DNA from: Holophagaceae bacterium
Lineage (GTDB): Bacteria; Acidobacteriota; Holophagae; Holophagales; Holophagaceae
Length of the DNA: 64,000 bases
Direction: 5' to 3'
Assembly: GCA_025363715.1 (NCBI GenBank)
Contig: JANYLR010000015.1
Location: forward strand, 10,210 to 74,209
Both the position numbers and the translations under genes were made by a program. Below the pieces are notes generated by a model that saw nothing but the letters and a program-made list of their open reading frames with translations, searched no databases and was not told the DNA's origin. Of this stretch, positions 27,400 to 37,340 are shown piece by piece; the first letter of the stretch is position 1; every line of letters starts with the position of its first letter.

Positions 27400-28581
27400 T
27401 CAGAACGGGTGGGCACCATGCGCTCCCATCACGAAGACGAGCTGCAGGCGGAGTTCGCTGGCATCCTGCCGGCCCTCGTAGCGGGTGAACCGGTACTGGC
27501 CGCGTACCTGGCTGAACTCGCTCATCCAGTAGGTGAGCAGCGCCGAGCCCCCCCGGTCCAGCTGGCTCGCTTGCGTCGCTCGCTGGGACCAATCGAACCG
27601 CGTCCCCAGGGTCCAGCGCTGGTCCAGCCGATACTCGAGGCTGGAGTAGAGGCCGAAGGCCCGTTCCTGGCTCACCAGCTGGTCACGCCGGCTCCACACG
27701 AACTCACTCCGCCAGAGCAGTGAGTTGTAGATGGACCGCCGCAAAGGCTTCCAACGCAGGCTCAGGTCGATCCCGTGGAGCCTGGTCAGGAAGTCGTGGC
27801 CCAGCTCGTTGTGCCCCTGCGCGAAGGAATAGCCGAACTCGAAGTTCGTGTTCTCGGTCAGGTCCTCGTAGCCCCGCAGGTGCCCCACAAAGCTCAGGTC
27901 ATTCTTCCGGCTGGATTTGAACAGCTCTCCGGAATCCCCGCGGAACACCTGGGCGGTGGCTTCCAAGAACAGGTCACCCGGCACGGGCAGGATCCGGCTC
28001 ACCGAAAGGCCCATGTCGTTGATGCCCTCTTCGCCATTGATCAGGTTCTCCGTCACCAGCGGGCGATCGGTCCAGGGCAGCGCATGGTTGTGCGCACTGT
28101 TCACCTTCCCGAAGGCCGCGCGCTGCTTGCCGACTCTGGCCACGAACGCCCCGGGCAGGGAGGTGAACGTGACGAATGCTTCTTCCACGCTGACCCCGGA
28201 CTCGCCAAAGGAAAAGAAGACATCCCCCCGGGCATAGGGGTCGATGACTGACTGGAGGCCCAGTTCCGCCTCGTGCATTTCCAGGCCCGGCACCGGGCGC
28301 GTCCCGTTGCGGCCCAGGGAACCCCGGAAGTCGCCGTTCAGGCTGATATCCGGATTCAGAGCCTTTGCCGCCGAACCTCCAGCGCCACCCACCTGGGCAG
28401 CTTCGGGCCTCAGCGCAGCCTGGGCGTCCTTCAGGGCCTGCACTTCTTCTTCGAGTTTGCGGATCCTGTCGTCCTGCGCCTTTTGCTGATCAGTTGCCGG
28501 CGGGGTGGGGGGCGGATCCTGGGCACGCGCGACGCCCGCCGCGAGGAGGGCGGAGACCAGGAGCGCGGTGACCTTATTCAT
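27400..28581 (-). CDS. Outer-membrane porin-like protein associated with metal uptake
   Basis: Signal peptide, short coiled coil, LNPDIS..GD, E.ELG....IDPY, C-terminal GAHGAHPF. Confidence 0.75.
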   Translation of the reverse strand: MNKVTALLVSALLAAGVARAQDPPPTPPATDQQKAQDDRIRKLEEEVQALKDAQAALRPEAAQVGGAGGSAAKALNPDISLNGDFRGSLGRNGTRPVPGLEMHEAELGLQSVIDPYARGDVFFSFGESGVSVEEAFVTFTSLPGAFVARVGKQRAAFGKVNSAHNHALPWTDRPLVTENLINGEEGINDMGLSVSRILPVPGDLFLEATAQVFRGDSGELFKSSRKNDLSFVGHLRGYEDLTENTNFEFGYSFAQGHNELGHDFLTRLHGIDLSLRWKPLRRSIYNSLLWRSEFVWSRRDQLVSQERAFGLYSSLEYRLDQRWTLGTRFDWSQRATQASQLDRGGSALLTYWMSEFSQVRGQYRFTRYEGRQDASELRLQLVFVMGAHGAHPF

Positions 28582-28783
28582 GGGCAGACTCCAGGTTTGG
28601 GCTGCGGGAGGCGTTTCCGCTCGAAAGCTGAAAGACCTGGCGGGTTCCTCCTACCGTTCGCCCCTGATCATCCACCACTCGGCCGGTGACGACCCCGCTA
28701 GCGGCAGACGCGGCCATGATGGAACCTGCGGCCATCAGGACGAGGAAGGACGTGCATGGAAAAGAACGGGGCACGTGTGCCAC
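28574..28783 (-). pseudogene. Possible remnant of a carboxypeptidase-regulatory-like domain / TonB-dependent receptor N-terminus
   Basis: GGAGG RBS, signal peptide, GVVTGRVVDDQG, then loss of similarity and a stop at 69 aa. Confidence 0.45.
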
Positions 28784-28821
28784 CTCCAGATGAAAGTGTT
28801 TTCCAATTGATTCAGTCGGTC

Positions 28822-28840
28822 AATGAAAATTTTTTTCATT
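28822..28840. promoter_or_regulatory. Fur/Zur-family operator
   Basis: AATGAAAAT-T-TTTTTCATT has 3 mismatches to AATGATAATnATTATCATT, in an AT-rich divergent promoter of a metal-uptake operon. Confidence 0.6.
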
Positions 28841-28920
28841 TATGATCAGTTCCTTCACTAAACCACTTGCCCCGTCGGGCGAAGCATATCTATCTCTATC
28901 CCCAAGGGGAGGTCTTTGCG

Positions 28921-30144
28921 ATGACGCGTAAAAAAGTGTGGTTCCTGGTTGGCGGTCTGGCGATTCTCCTGATCGCCGGACTGAGCATCGCCAGCATGAA
29001 GGACAAAGGCCTGGCCGTGCAGGTGGCGAAGGTGGGACGGGAGAACCTCCAGTCCAAAGTGAGCGCCAACGGCAAGATCCAGGCGGTGACCAAGGCGGAC
29101 ATCTCGGCCAACGTCATGGGCCAGGTCACCCGGCTGGCGGTCAAGGAAGGCGACCGGGTCACCAAGGGCCAGTTCCTGATGGAGATCGACCCCCGCAGCG
29201 CCAGCGCCAATGCCGATGCCATGAAAGCCAATCTCCTGGCCGCCCAGTCGGACCTGGCCTCGGCCACGGCCAATCTGGCCCAGGCCAAATCCGACTTCGA
29301 CCGGGCAAAGACGAACCGCGACGCCGGAATCATCTCGGCGGCCGACTTCGAGCGCGCCAGAACCACCTTCGAGACCGCCACGGCCGCCCAGGAGACCGCC
29401 CGCCGCCGGGCCGACCAGGCCAAGGCCAATGTGAACCAGTCCCATGTCGGGCTGGGCTTTTCCACCATCTCCGCCCCCATGGACGGCACCGTGACCGCCC
29501 GCCGCATCGAGCTGGGGGAGACCGCGGTACCGGGCATCCAGAATTCCGCGGGCACGGTACTCGTCACCGTCTCCGACATGAGCAAGGTGGAGGCCGAGAT
29601 GGAAGTGGATGAAGCCTCCATCCCCACCGTGAAGCTGGCCCAGAAGGCCCAGGTCCGTATCGATGCCTACCCCAACCAGACCTTCGATGGCGAAGTCACC
29701 GAAGTGGGCGGCAGCCCCATGCTGAAGCTCAGTGCCAACGAGGCCATCAAGTTCAAGGTCAAGGTCTGGATCAAGAATCCGCCCCTTACCATCAAGCCAG
29801 GTCTCTCGGCCCAGGCCGATATCTTCACCGGCAGCCGCGACGGGGTGCTGGCCATCCCCATCCAGTCGCTGGTCACGCGCGAGATCAAGCTCAAGGCCGG
29901 AGAAGTTCTCAAGCCCGGCGCTCCACGGGACGAGGAAGGGGTCTGGCTGTTCGAAGGCAAGGGGAAGACCAAGTTCCTGCCGGTGAAGACCGGCCTCCTG
30001 GGTGATCTGAACGTGGAAGTCCTGGATGGACTCAAGGGCGGCGAGACCGTCATCACCGGTCCCTTCCGGATCCTGCGGGACCTCAAGGGCGGTGAGCAGG
30101 TTCGCGAGGACAAGGGCAAGAAGAAGGAAGAAAAGAAGAGCTGA
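28921..30144 (+). CDS. Efflux periplasmic adaptor subunit (MacA/HlyD family)
   Basis: N-terminal TM, VKEGDRV.KGQ.L, TI.APMDG.V, V.E.SI..VK. Confidence 0.92.
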   Translation: MTRKKVWFLVGGLAILLIAGLSIASMKDKGLAVQVAKVGRENLQSKVSANGKIQAVTKADISANVMGQVTRLAVKEGDRVTKGQFLMEIDPRSASANADAMKANLLAAQSDLASATANLAQAKSDFDRAKTNRDAGIISAADFERARTTFETATAAQETARRRADQAKANVNQSHVGLGFSTISAPMDGTVTARRIELGETAVPGIQNSAGTVLVTVSDMSKVEAEMEVDEASIPTVKLAQKAQVRIDAYPNQTFDGEVTEVGGSPMLKLSANEAIKFKVKVWIKNPPLTIKPGLSAQADIFTGSRDGVLAIPIQSLVTREIKLKAGEVLKPGAPRDEEGVWLFEGKGKTKFLPVKTGLLGDLNVEVLDGLKGGETVITGPFRILRDLKGGEQVREDKGKKKEEKKS

Positions 30145-30145
30145 C

Positions 30146-31375
30146 ATGAATTACGAAGAGCTGTTCCGGGCGGCCCTCCGGGCCATCCGGGCCCACAAGC
30201 TCCGCAGCTTCCTGACCCTGCTGGGCATCATCATCGGCGTCACCACCATCGTGGGGGTGGTGGGCATCATCACGGGCCTGAACACCTACGTCCAGGAGAA
30301 GGTCATCATCCTGTCCCCGGACATGTACGTGGTCACCCGGTTCGGGATCCTCCGCAGCCGCGAAGAATTCCTGCAGGCCGTCAAGCGTCCCCTGCTCACC
30401 TGGGAGGAGTACCAGCGCCTCAGCAGTGGCGTCCTCAGCCACGCCGCCATGACCGCGACCCGGTCCTTCAAGACCCTGCCCGTCAGCTACGGAACGCGCC
30501 GCATGGCCGATACCTTCGTGGTGGGCAGCACCGCCAGTTTCGCGCAGATCCTGAACCTCGATACGGCCGGCAATGGCCGTTTCTTCACGGAGGGCGAGGA
30601 CGAAGCCGCCCAGTACGTGGCCATCATCGGGGCCGATATCAAGGATGAGCTCTTCCCCAACCTGGATCCCATCGGCCGCACGGTGATGGTGCGGGGGTTG
30701 CCCTTCCGGGTGATCGGGCACATGCCCAAGGAAGGCAAGGGCCTTGGCATCAACCGAGACCAGCTCGTGGTCATCCCCTTCCAGGTCTACCGCAAGAACT
30801 TCTACTCCACCAAGGACCCGCTCGACTATTTCATCAAGGCGAGGGGCGGCGTGGAGGGCCTGAACGCCTCCATCGACGAGACCCGGGCCTTCCTGCGCGC
30901 GTTGCGGCACACCTCCTGGCGGGATCCGGATCCCGTGGGCTTCCTCACCCAGGATCAGCTGCAGGAGCTCTGGCGCCAGATCAGCACCGCCACGTTCGTG
31001 CTCCTCACCCTCATCGCCTCGGTATCCCTCGGTGTCGGCGGCATCGTGATCATGAACATCATGCTGGTCAGCGTGGCCGAACGAACCCAGGAAATCGGCG
31101 TGCGCATGGCCCTGGGCGCCCGGAAACGGGATATCCAGCGCCAGTTCCTCCTCGAAGCCTCCCTGCTTTCCATGGGCGGCGGCTTCGTCGGCGTGATCCT
31201 GGGCGGCAGCGCGGCGCTCCTGGTCAAGACCATCACCGGCTTCCCCGCCCAGATCACCGTGGGGATCGTGCTGATGGGTGTGGGGCTTTCCACGGTGGTG
31301 GGCCTGCTGGCAGGCTTCCTCCCGGCCAGGCGGGCCGCCAACCTGCCGGTCATCGACGCCCTCCGGGCCGAGTAG
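30146..31375 (+). CDS. MacB/FtsX-family ABC permease
   Basis: KLRSFLTLLGIIIG; VGGIVIMNIMLVSV.ERT.EIG.R.ALGA. Confidence 0.92.
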   Translation: MNYEELFRAALRAIRAHKLRSFLTLLGIIIGVTTIVGVVGIITGLNTYVQEKVIILSPDMYVVTRFGILRSREEFLQAVKRPLLTWEEYQRLSSGVLSHAAMTATRSFKTLPVSYGTRRMADTFVVGSTASFAQILNLDTAGNGRFFTEGEDEAAQYVAIIGADIKDELFPNLDPIGRTVMVRGLPFRVIGHMPKEGKGLGINRDQLVVIPFQVYRKNFYSTKDPLDYFIKARGGVEGLNASIDETRAFLRALRHTSWRDPDPVGFLTQDQLQELWRQISTATFVLLTLIASVSLGVGGIVIMNIMLVSVAERTQEIGVRMALGARKRDIQRQFLLEASLLSMGGGFVGVILGGSAALLVKTITGFPAQITVGIVLMGVGLSTVVGLLAGFLPARRAANLPVIDALRAE

Positions 31376-31384
31376 AGGGGAACC

Positions 31385-32680
31385 ATGGCATCCCACAGCC
31401 GCGTCTCCCTCCGCAACATCAGCCTCGAGAACATCCGCTTCGCCTTCCGCTCGATCCTGGTCCAGCGGCTGCGCAGCTTCCTGACCCTCCTCGGCATCGT
31501 GTCGGGCGTCGCCACGGTCATCGCCATGGTGAGCTTCGTGGCCGGCTTCAACGACGCCATCACCGGCGCTTTCTCCAGCTTCGGCACCACCCTGGTGCAG
31601 TACCAGAAGTACGAACCCCGCTTCGGCGGCGGCCCCACGGGACCGCCCGAGGAGCAGCGCAGGCGGCGCGACCTGACCCTGGAGGACGCCCAGGCCCTCA
31701 AGCGCCTCAACACCCTGGCGGCGGCCGTGAGCCCGGAGCGCTACCTGTTCCTGCCTTCCCTCGCCGCTTCCACGACCTTCAAGAACCGCAAGGGCAAGGA
31801 GGCCAACGGCCCCACCTTGGCAGGCGCCGTTCCGGACTACGCCCAGGCCAACAACGCGACCATCGAGGACGGGCGCTTCTTCGCCGATGCGGATGTCAGC
31901 CATTCCGCACGAACCGTGGTCGTCGGGCCCGATGTGGCCGAGGCCCTCTGGTTCCGCCGGGATCCCATCAACCAGGAGCTGCTCATCAACGGCGTGGCCT
32001 TCCGGGTCATCGGCCTCCTGGAGAAGCGGGGCTCCTTCCTGGGGGGCAGCGCCGACAATATCGTGCTCATCCCCTTCAGCACCTTCGATGAGATGTTCCC
32101 GGACGTGAAGAACAGCCGCGGGGATACCATCCACATCGCGACTGTCCCCAAGGATCCCAAGCAGATGCAGGCCATGATGGACCAAGGGATCTCGATCCTC
32201 CGCACCCGGCGTGGGCTGAAGGCGAAGGAACCCAATGACTTCGCCATCTTCACCAGCGAAGGGCAGCTGGAGACTTTCCGGGCCATCACCGGCGGCATCG
32301 CCGGGGCCATGATCCTCATCGCCAGCATCGCCCTGCTGGTGGGCGGCGTGGGCGTCATGAACATCATGCTGGTGACCGTGACGGAGCGCACCCGGGAGAT
32401 CGGCGTACGGAAGGCCCTGGGCGCCACCCGCAAGGACATCGCCATGCAGTTCCTGGTGGAGGCCGTCGCCCTGACCGGGCTGGGCGGCGCCATCGGCATC
32501 GCCGCGGGGTTGGGCATCGCCATGCTGGTGCGCCTGGTCTTCGACTTCCCGGCCGCCGCGCCGCTCTGGAGCATCTTCCTGGGCTTCGGCGTGAGCACGG
32601 CCGTGGGGCTGATCTTTGGGTTGTGGCCCGCGCTGAAGGCCGCGAACCAGAACCCGATTGAGGCCCTGCGTTACGAGTAG
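31385..32680 (+). CDS. MacB/FtsX-family ABC permease (second)
   Basis: LRSFLTLLGI; VGGVGVMNIMLVTVTERTREIGVRKALGA; PIEALRYE. Confidence 0.92.
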   Translation: MASHSRVSLRNISLENIRFAFRSILVQRLRSFLTLLGIVSGVATVIAMVSFVAGFNDAITGAFSSFGTTLVQYQKYEPRFGGGPTGPPEEQRRRRDLTLEDAQALKRLNTLAAAVSPERYLFLPSLAASTTFKNRKGKEANGPTLAGAVPDYAQANNATIEDGRFFADADVSHSARTVVVGPDVAEALWFRRDPINQELLINGVAFRVIGLLEKRGSFLGGSADNIVLIPFSTFDEMFPDVKNSRGDTIHIATVPKDPKQMQAMMDQGISILRTRRGLKAKEPNDFAIFTSEGQLETFRAITGGIAGAMILIASIALLVGGVGVMNIMLVTVTERTREIGVRKALGATRKDIAMQFLVEAVALTGLGGAIGIAAGLGIAMLVRLVFDFPAAAPLWSIFLGFGVSTAVGLIFGLWPALKAANQNPIEALRYE

Positions 32681-32682
32681 CC

Positions 32683-33081
32683 CTACCCCTGGACGGAGGT
32701 CTTCACCTCGATGACCGGAGGGTGTTCCAGCTGCTTCTTGACTGCGCACTGGCTGGCGGCGCGGATCAGCGCCTCGTGGTACTTCTCCGGAAAGTCAGCC
32801 GGCACCTGGATATCCAGATCCACCCGGCTCAGCTTCCCGGTCACGGGATCGTGGCCCATGGTCTGCACGAGGCGGATCCCTTCGGTCGACACGCCCCGCT
32901 GGCGGCAGAAACCGACCACATAGATCCCGGCACAGGTGCCCAGCGAGGCGAGGAAGAGCGCGAAGGGGGTCGGGGCCGAGTCCTCACCACCGGCCTTGGC
33001 CGGTTGGTCGGTGCTGACTGTGAAGGGACCGAAGTGAGCGTCCACCCGCGCGCCCCCGGGAAAATCGATGACCATCTCCAT
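32683..33081 (-). CDS. OsmC family protein
   Basis: TDQP...GGE.SAPTPF.LFLASLGTCAG...CAVKK. Confidence 0.88.
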   Translation of the reverse strand: MEMVIDFPGGARVDAHFGPFTVSTDQPAKAGGEDSAPTPFALFLASLGTCAGIYVVGFCRQRGVSTEGIRLVQTMGHDPVTGKLSRVDLDIQVPADFPEKYHEALIRAASQCAVKKQLEHPPVIEVKTSVQG

Positions 33082-33195
33082 GACCTGCTCCTCGCGACAA
33101 GGGATCCATTCTTCCCCAGCGGAGAGCGCAGTCCAAGCGCCATTCTCAGCCAGTCGCATGGAAGCTTGCCGATTCCCGGTCGGTGGAAGCCTTGA

Positions 33196-34812
33196 TCACT
33201 GCACGCGCACAACCACCTCTCCATCATCCAGGGAGAAGACGGCCTCGCAGGGCATGGCGGGAACGCTGAAGGCCAGTTCCTCTAATCCCGTGGTTCCCGC
33301 CTCGATCTCGGCCATGAGCACCCGGGGATCGTGGTGGAAGCGGATCCGGCGCGCCGACTGCGTTTCCTCCACACCAGGTTCGTCCATCAGCGCCGTGGCA
33401 TGCCCGAAGCAGGCGATCACATCGGCGGCCAATGCGCCCAGGAGGGTGTTCCCCCGTGCCTCGAAGCGTGTCTGGTAGAAGGCGCGCTGGGCCTCGACGG
33501 GATGGACTCCGGGATGGGCATCCAGCCAGGCGGCGAAGGCCTCGAAGACCTCCGAGGGCTGCAGCTCCAGGGGCTCCAGGAGCATGCCGAACCAGGGCAC
33601 GGCCCGGCCCTGGTTGTAGAGGACATTGCAGCCAAGGGCGATGCGGCCAGCTTGTTCCATATCCTGGGCGCTGAAGGTCGGTGAGGCGAGCACCCGGTAG
33701 GGGCTGGAGGCTTCATGGGTGAGCTCCAGCCCCGCCGCGGTCTCGGCCAGGCGCGTGCCTGGGAGGACCGAGAGACGGAAGACATCCAGATGGTTGGGCA
33801 CGAGGCCCAAGGCGAAGTCCACACTTTCCCGGAACCCGGCCAGGCTGTCCCCGGGCAGCCCGTAGATGAGGTCGAAGCCGTAGGGCACACCCGCCTGGTG
33901 CAGCAGCAGGATCTTGGCTTCGAAGTCCTCGGCGTCGAAGCTCCGGCTGATGTTCCGCAGGACGTCATCGTGGGCGCTCTGCAGGCCGATCTGGAGGGTG
34001 CAGGGGATGGCCGCGAAGAGCCCGGCCATCTCCTCGTCGAGGAACTCGCTGCGCGCCTCGAAGAAGAAGTGGGTAGTGGGAGCCTTGGAGGCGATGAGCC
34101 GCAGGACCTGCTTGGCCTGGACCTTGTGGTAGTTGAAGGTGGGATCGAGAACGAAGACCTCGCGGACGCCCCGGGCTTCGAACAGCTCCAGCTCGGCCTC
34201 CACCCGGTCCAGGGGGATCCGGCGCGTGCCCGCCGTGCCCCGGGCCTCGAAGCAGAAATCGCAGGTGAAGGGACAACCCCGGGACAGCTCCCACAGGGCG
34301 CCGCCATAGTCCTCCGGCCGCAGGGTGCCATCCAGGTAGGGCGACGGCAGGTTCGTCAGATCCTTCACCGGCGTGGGTTGGGCCCACTCGGCGAGGGCCT
34401 GGGGCGAGTCCCCCTGGGAGAGGCGCCGCAGGGCCTCGACGATGATGTCCTCGCCTTCCCCTGGCAGGACGAAATCCATGGCGGGATTGGCCAGGACGCC
34501 AACTAGGTCCGCTGTGGCCTCCGCACCACCCGAGAAGATGATGGTGTTTGGCCTAGCCGCCTTCAGGAGGGTGGCGATGGCCAGAGTCTGGCTCCGGTTC
34601 CAGACGTACATGGAGAACCCCACCAGGTCCGGCTTCGAGGCCAGAATCCGCTCCGCCACGACCGCGGCCGGTTCCGCCACGAAGGCGTCCACCACCCGGG
34701 TCTGGATCGCTTCGCCAAAGGCGTTCCGGAGTACGGAGGCCAGCATGGCCGGCCCGAGGGGCAGGGACCTCGGGGAGGGTTCGATATGGATCGCCACCAG
34801 GACCAGCTTCAT
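33196..34812 (-). CDS. B12-binding domain radical SAM protein
   Basis: PDLVGFSMYVWN, LPSPY, SRGCPFTCDFC (CxxxCxxC), DLIYGLPG. Confidence 0.9.
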   Translation of the reverse strand: MKLVLVAIHIEPSPRSLPLGPAMLASVLRNAFGEAIQTRVVDAFVAEPAAVVAERILASKPDLVGFSMYVWNRSQTLAIATLLKAARPNTIIFSGGAEATADLVGVLANPAMDFVLPGEGEDIIVEALRRLSQGDSPQALAEWAQPTPVKDLTNLPSPYLDGTLRPEDYGGALWELSRGCPFTCDFCFEARGTAGTRRIPLDRVEAELELFEARGVREVFVLDPTFNYHKVQAKQVLRLIASKAPTTHFFFEARSEFLDEEMAGLFAAIPCTLQIGLQSAHDDVLRNISRSFDAEDFEAKILLLHQAGVPYGFDLIYGLPGDSLAGFRESVDFALGLVPNHLDVFRLSVLPGTRLAETAAGLELTHEASSPYRVLASPTFSAQDMEQAGRIALGCNVLYNQGRAVPWFGMLLEPLELQPSEVFEAFAAWLDAHPGVHPVEAQRAFYQTRFEARGNTLLGALAADVIACFGHATALMDEPGVEETQSARRIRFHHDPRVLMAEIEAGTTGLEELAFSVPAMPCEAVFSLDDGEVVVRVQ

Positions 34813-34938
34813 GGTTCCGCCTGGTACCAGCCTAGGCCACAACCCCCTGCTAGGCGCAGACGGTTCTGCGGCTTGCCTTGGCCGCGACTCATGCCCCCGG
34901 AGTCCGGCACCGATCTATAGGGAGCCCCAGGAGTCCCC

Positions 34939-35721
34939 ATGCGCGCGCTGCCCCTGTTTCTCGCCACCACCGCCTTCGCCCTGCTGGCCCAGGAGCACGC
35001 CGCCCTGCCCTCCAAGGCCAAACCACATGCACCGGTTTCAGCGGCTGCGGCCCATAGTCCCGCGGCCACGCTGGATTCGCCGGACAACCCCAGCGCGGCC
35101 CTGGCCGAGCTCGGCGCAGGCAATGCCCGCTTCGTGGCCGGGAAGCGGGTCCGCACGTTGGATACGAACCACGATGCCGCGATGCGGGCCGCCCTGGTGG
35201 GCGGCCAGGCGCCCTTCGCCATCGTCATCACCTGCTCCGACAGCCGGGTACCCGATGCCCTTCTCTTCGACCAAGAGGCGGGCCGCCTCTTCACCATCCG
35301 CGAGGCGGGCAACGCGCCGGATCTGCAGGGCCTCGCCTCCGCCGAGTACGCCGCCGAGCACCTGGGCTCCAAGGTACTCGTGGTCATGGGCCACAGCAGC
35401 TGCGGCGCCGTGAAGGCCGTGCGGGAGGCCGCCGGCAAGCCCCTGCCCGGCAACCTCTGGGCCCTTCAGGCGGGCATGGCGGGCCTGCTGGAAAGCACCC
35501 CCCAGGATCCCAACGAGGACGCCAAGGCCTACGGCGCCCGGCTGGAGGAAGTGAACGCGCGGCGCCAGGCCCAGACCCTGCTCGACCGCTCGGCCCTGCT
35601 GCGGGAACTAGCCGCCGCCGAAAAGGTCTGGATCGTGCCCGCCCTCTACCACCTAGCCAGCGGGAAGGTCCAGTTCTTCAAGCCGGTGTCGGTCGTAGCG
35701 GCAGCCCCAGCGCACCACTGA
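34939..35721 (+). CDS. Beta-class carbonic anhydrase, secreted
   Basis: GNARF, GQ.P, CSDSRV, GHSSCGAV; signal peptide. Confidence 0.92.
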   Translation: MRALPLFLATTAFALLAQEHAALPSKAKPHAPVSAAAAHSPAATLDSPDNPSAALAELGAGNARFVAGKRVRTLDTNHDAAMRAALVGGQAPFAIVITCSDSRVPDALLFDQEAGRLFTIREAGNAPDLQGLASAEYAAEHLGSKVLVVMGHSSCGAVKAVREAAGKPLPGNLWALQAGMAGLLESTPQDPNEDAKAYGARLEEVNARRQAQTLLDRSALLRELAAAEKVWIVPALYHLASGKVQFFKPVSVVAAAPAHH

Positions 35722-35738
35722 CCTGCCAGACTGGGGGC

Positions 35739-37154
35739 ATGGACGCCCAAGACTTCCGCCGCCTCGGTTATCAGCTCGTGGACTGGATCGCGGACTACCG
35801 CGAAGGTCTGGAGCGTCTGCCCGTCATGAGCCGGGTCCAGCCCGGGGAGATCCGCGCCGCCTTCCCCGACCATCCGCCCCAGCACGGGGGCCGCATGGAC
35901 GCGGCGCTCGCGGCTCTGGAGCGGGATGTGATGCCCGGCATCACCCACTGGAACCATCCATCCTTTTTCGCCTACTTCCCCAGCAACACCAGTTACAGCT
36001 CGATCCTCGGCGACCTTGCCGCCTCAGGCATCGGCGCCCAGGGCATGAGCTGGCAGACCAGCCCCGCCGCCACCGAGGTGGAAGAGGTGGTCATGGACTG
36101 GCTGCGTCAGATGGTGGGCCTCGGCCCCGCCTTCACCGGCGTCATCCACGACACGGCCAGCACGGCCACCTTCACGGCCCTGCTCTGCGCCCGGGAGAAG
36201 GGCTCCAGCTACGCCCAGGATGGCGAGGGCCTGCAGAGCGGCGAGGCGCCCCTGGTGGTCTACGCCACGGACCAGGGCCACAGTTCCATCGAAAAGGCCG
36301 CCCTGCTGGCGGGTTTCGGCCGCAGCTTCCTGCGGCTCATCCCCACGGACGAAAACCACGCCATCCACCTCGACCTCTTGAGGGAGGCCATCGAGCAGGA
36401 CCTCGACATCGGCCTGCGGCCCTGCGCCCTGGTGGCGGCCGTGGGCACCACGGGCACCACGGCCCTGGATCCCGTGGCGGCCATGGCGGATCTGGCCGAG
36501 CAGCACGGGATGTGGCTGCATGTGGACGCGGCCCTGGCGGGCACGGCCATGGTGCTGCCCGAGTGCCGCTGGATGTGGGAGGGCATCGAGCGAGCCGACA
36601 GCCTGGTCTTCAACCCCCACAAGTGGATGGGCGTGGGCTTCGACCTCAGCGCCTACTTCGTGCGCGATCCCCAGCACCTCATCCGCGTGATGAGCACCAA
36701 CCCCAGCTACCTGCGCACGGCCCAGGACGGCCAGGTGAGCAACTTCCGGGACTGGCACATCCAGCTGGGACGGCGCTTCCGCGCGCTGAAGCTGTGGTTC
36801 TACCTCATGGACGTGGGCGTCGAAGGCCTGCAGGCCCGTCTGCGCCGGGACCTGGAGAACGCCCAGTGGCTCAAGGAGCAGGTTGATGCGGCTCCCGATT
36901 GGGAGCGCCTGGCCCCCGTACCACTCCAAACCGTGTGCCTCCGGCATATCAAACCCGGTCTCGACGAGGCCGGGCTGGCCAGCCACAACCTGGAGATCGC
37001 CCGCCGCATCAACGAAGGCGGCAAGGCCTATCTGACGCCCTCCATGCTCAAGGGAATCCAGATTCTTCGCGTGAGCATCGGCGCGGAAAGCACCGAGCGG
37101 AGGCATGTCGAACAGCTCTGGACCGCCCTCCAGCAGGCTTCGCAGGGCGGCTGA
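35739..37154 (+). CDS. Group II PLP-dependent (aromatic L-amino acid) decarboxylase
   Basis: PGITHWNHP.FFAYFP, SPAATE.E, HVDAA, NPHKW, GRRFRALKLW. Confidence 0.92.
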   Translation: MDAQDFRRLGYQLVDWIADYREGLERLPVMSRVQPGEIRAAFPDHPPQHGGRMDAALAALERDVMPGITHWNHPSFFAYFPSNTSYSSILGDLAASGIGAQGMSWQTSPAATEVEEVVMDWLRQMVGLGPAFTGVIHDTASTATFTALLCAREKGSSYAQDGEGLQSGEAPLVVYATDQGHSSIEKAALLAGFGRSFLRLIPTDENHAIHLDLLREAIEQDLDIGLRPCALVAAVGTTGTTALDPVAAMADLAEQHGMWLHVDAALAGTAMVLPECRWMWEGIERADSLVFNPHKWMGVGFDLSAYFVRDPQHLIRVMSTNPSYLRTAQDGQVSNFRDWHIQLGRRFRALKLWFYLMDVGVEGLQARLRRDLENAQWLKEQVDAAPDWERLAPVPLQTVCLRHIKPGLDEAGLASHNLEIARRINEGGKAYLTPSMLKGIQILRVSIGAESTERRHVEQLWTALQQASQGG

Positions 37155-37166
37155 AGCCATTCCCCA

Positions 37167-37195
37167 TTGCGCTGCCGGCCCCACTTCGGCACACT
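37167..37195 (+). promoter_or_regulatory. Candidate sigma70 promoter for the pro leader
   Basis: TTGCGC-17 bp-CACACT ends 9 bp before the leader ATG, implying a near-leaderless transcript. Confidence 0.4.
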
Positions 37196-37204
37196 TGCCT
37201 GATC

Positions 37205-37273
37205 ATGATTGCTGTCACGACCCTCAACCCGCCGCCTGCCCAGCCCACCTCCGGTGCGCCGCGAGGGGTTTGA
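37205..37273 (+). CDS. Putative proline-rich leader (attenuator) peptide MIAVTTLNPPPAQPTSGAPRGV
   Basis: 22-codon ORF with 5 Pro codons (CCG CCG CCT run), directly upstream of a terminator and proB. Confidence 0.7.
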   Translation: MIAVTTLNPPPAQPTSGAPRGV

Positions 37274-37303
37274 GCCAGTCGCTTTCCCAAACTGCTCACC
37301 TCC

Positions 37304-37340
37304 ACCCCCGGGTCGCACACCGACCCGGGGGTTTTTCTTT
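37304..37340 (+). terminator. Attenuator terminator upstream of proB
   Basis: 12-bp perfect stem ACCCCCGGGTCG-cacac-CGACCCGGGGGT followed by TTTTCTTT, 12 bp before the proB ATG. Confidence 0.85.

Noticed and set aside
30083-32749. Long antisense ORFs (e.g. 888 aa here, 618 aa at 21732-23588, 427 aa at 62174-63457)
   Set aside because: Shadow frames of GC-rich genes on the opposite strand, with no motifs.
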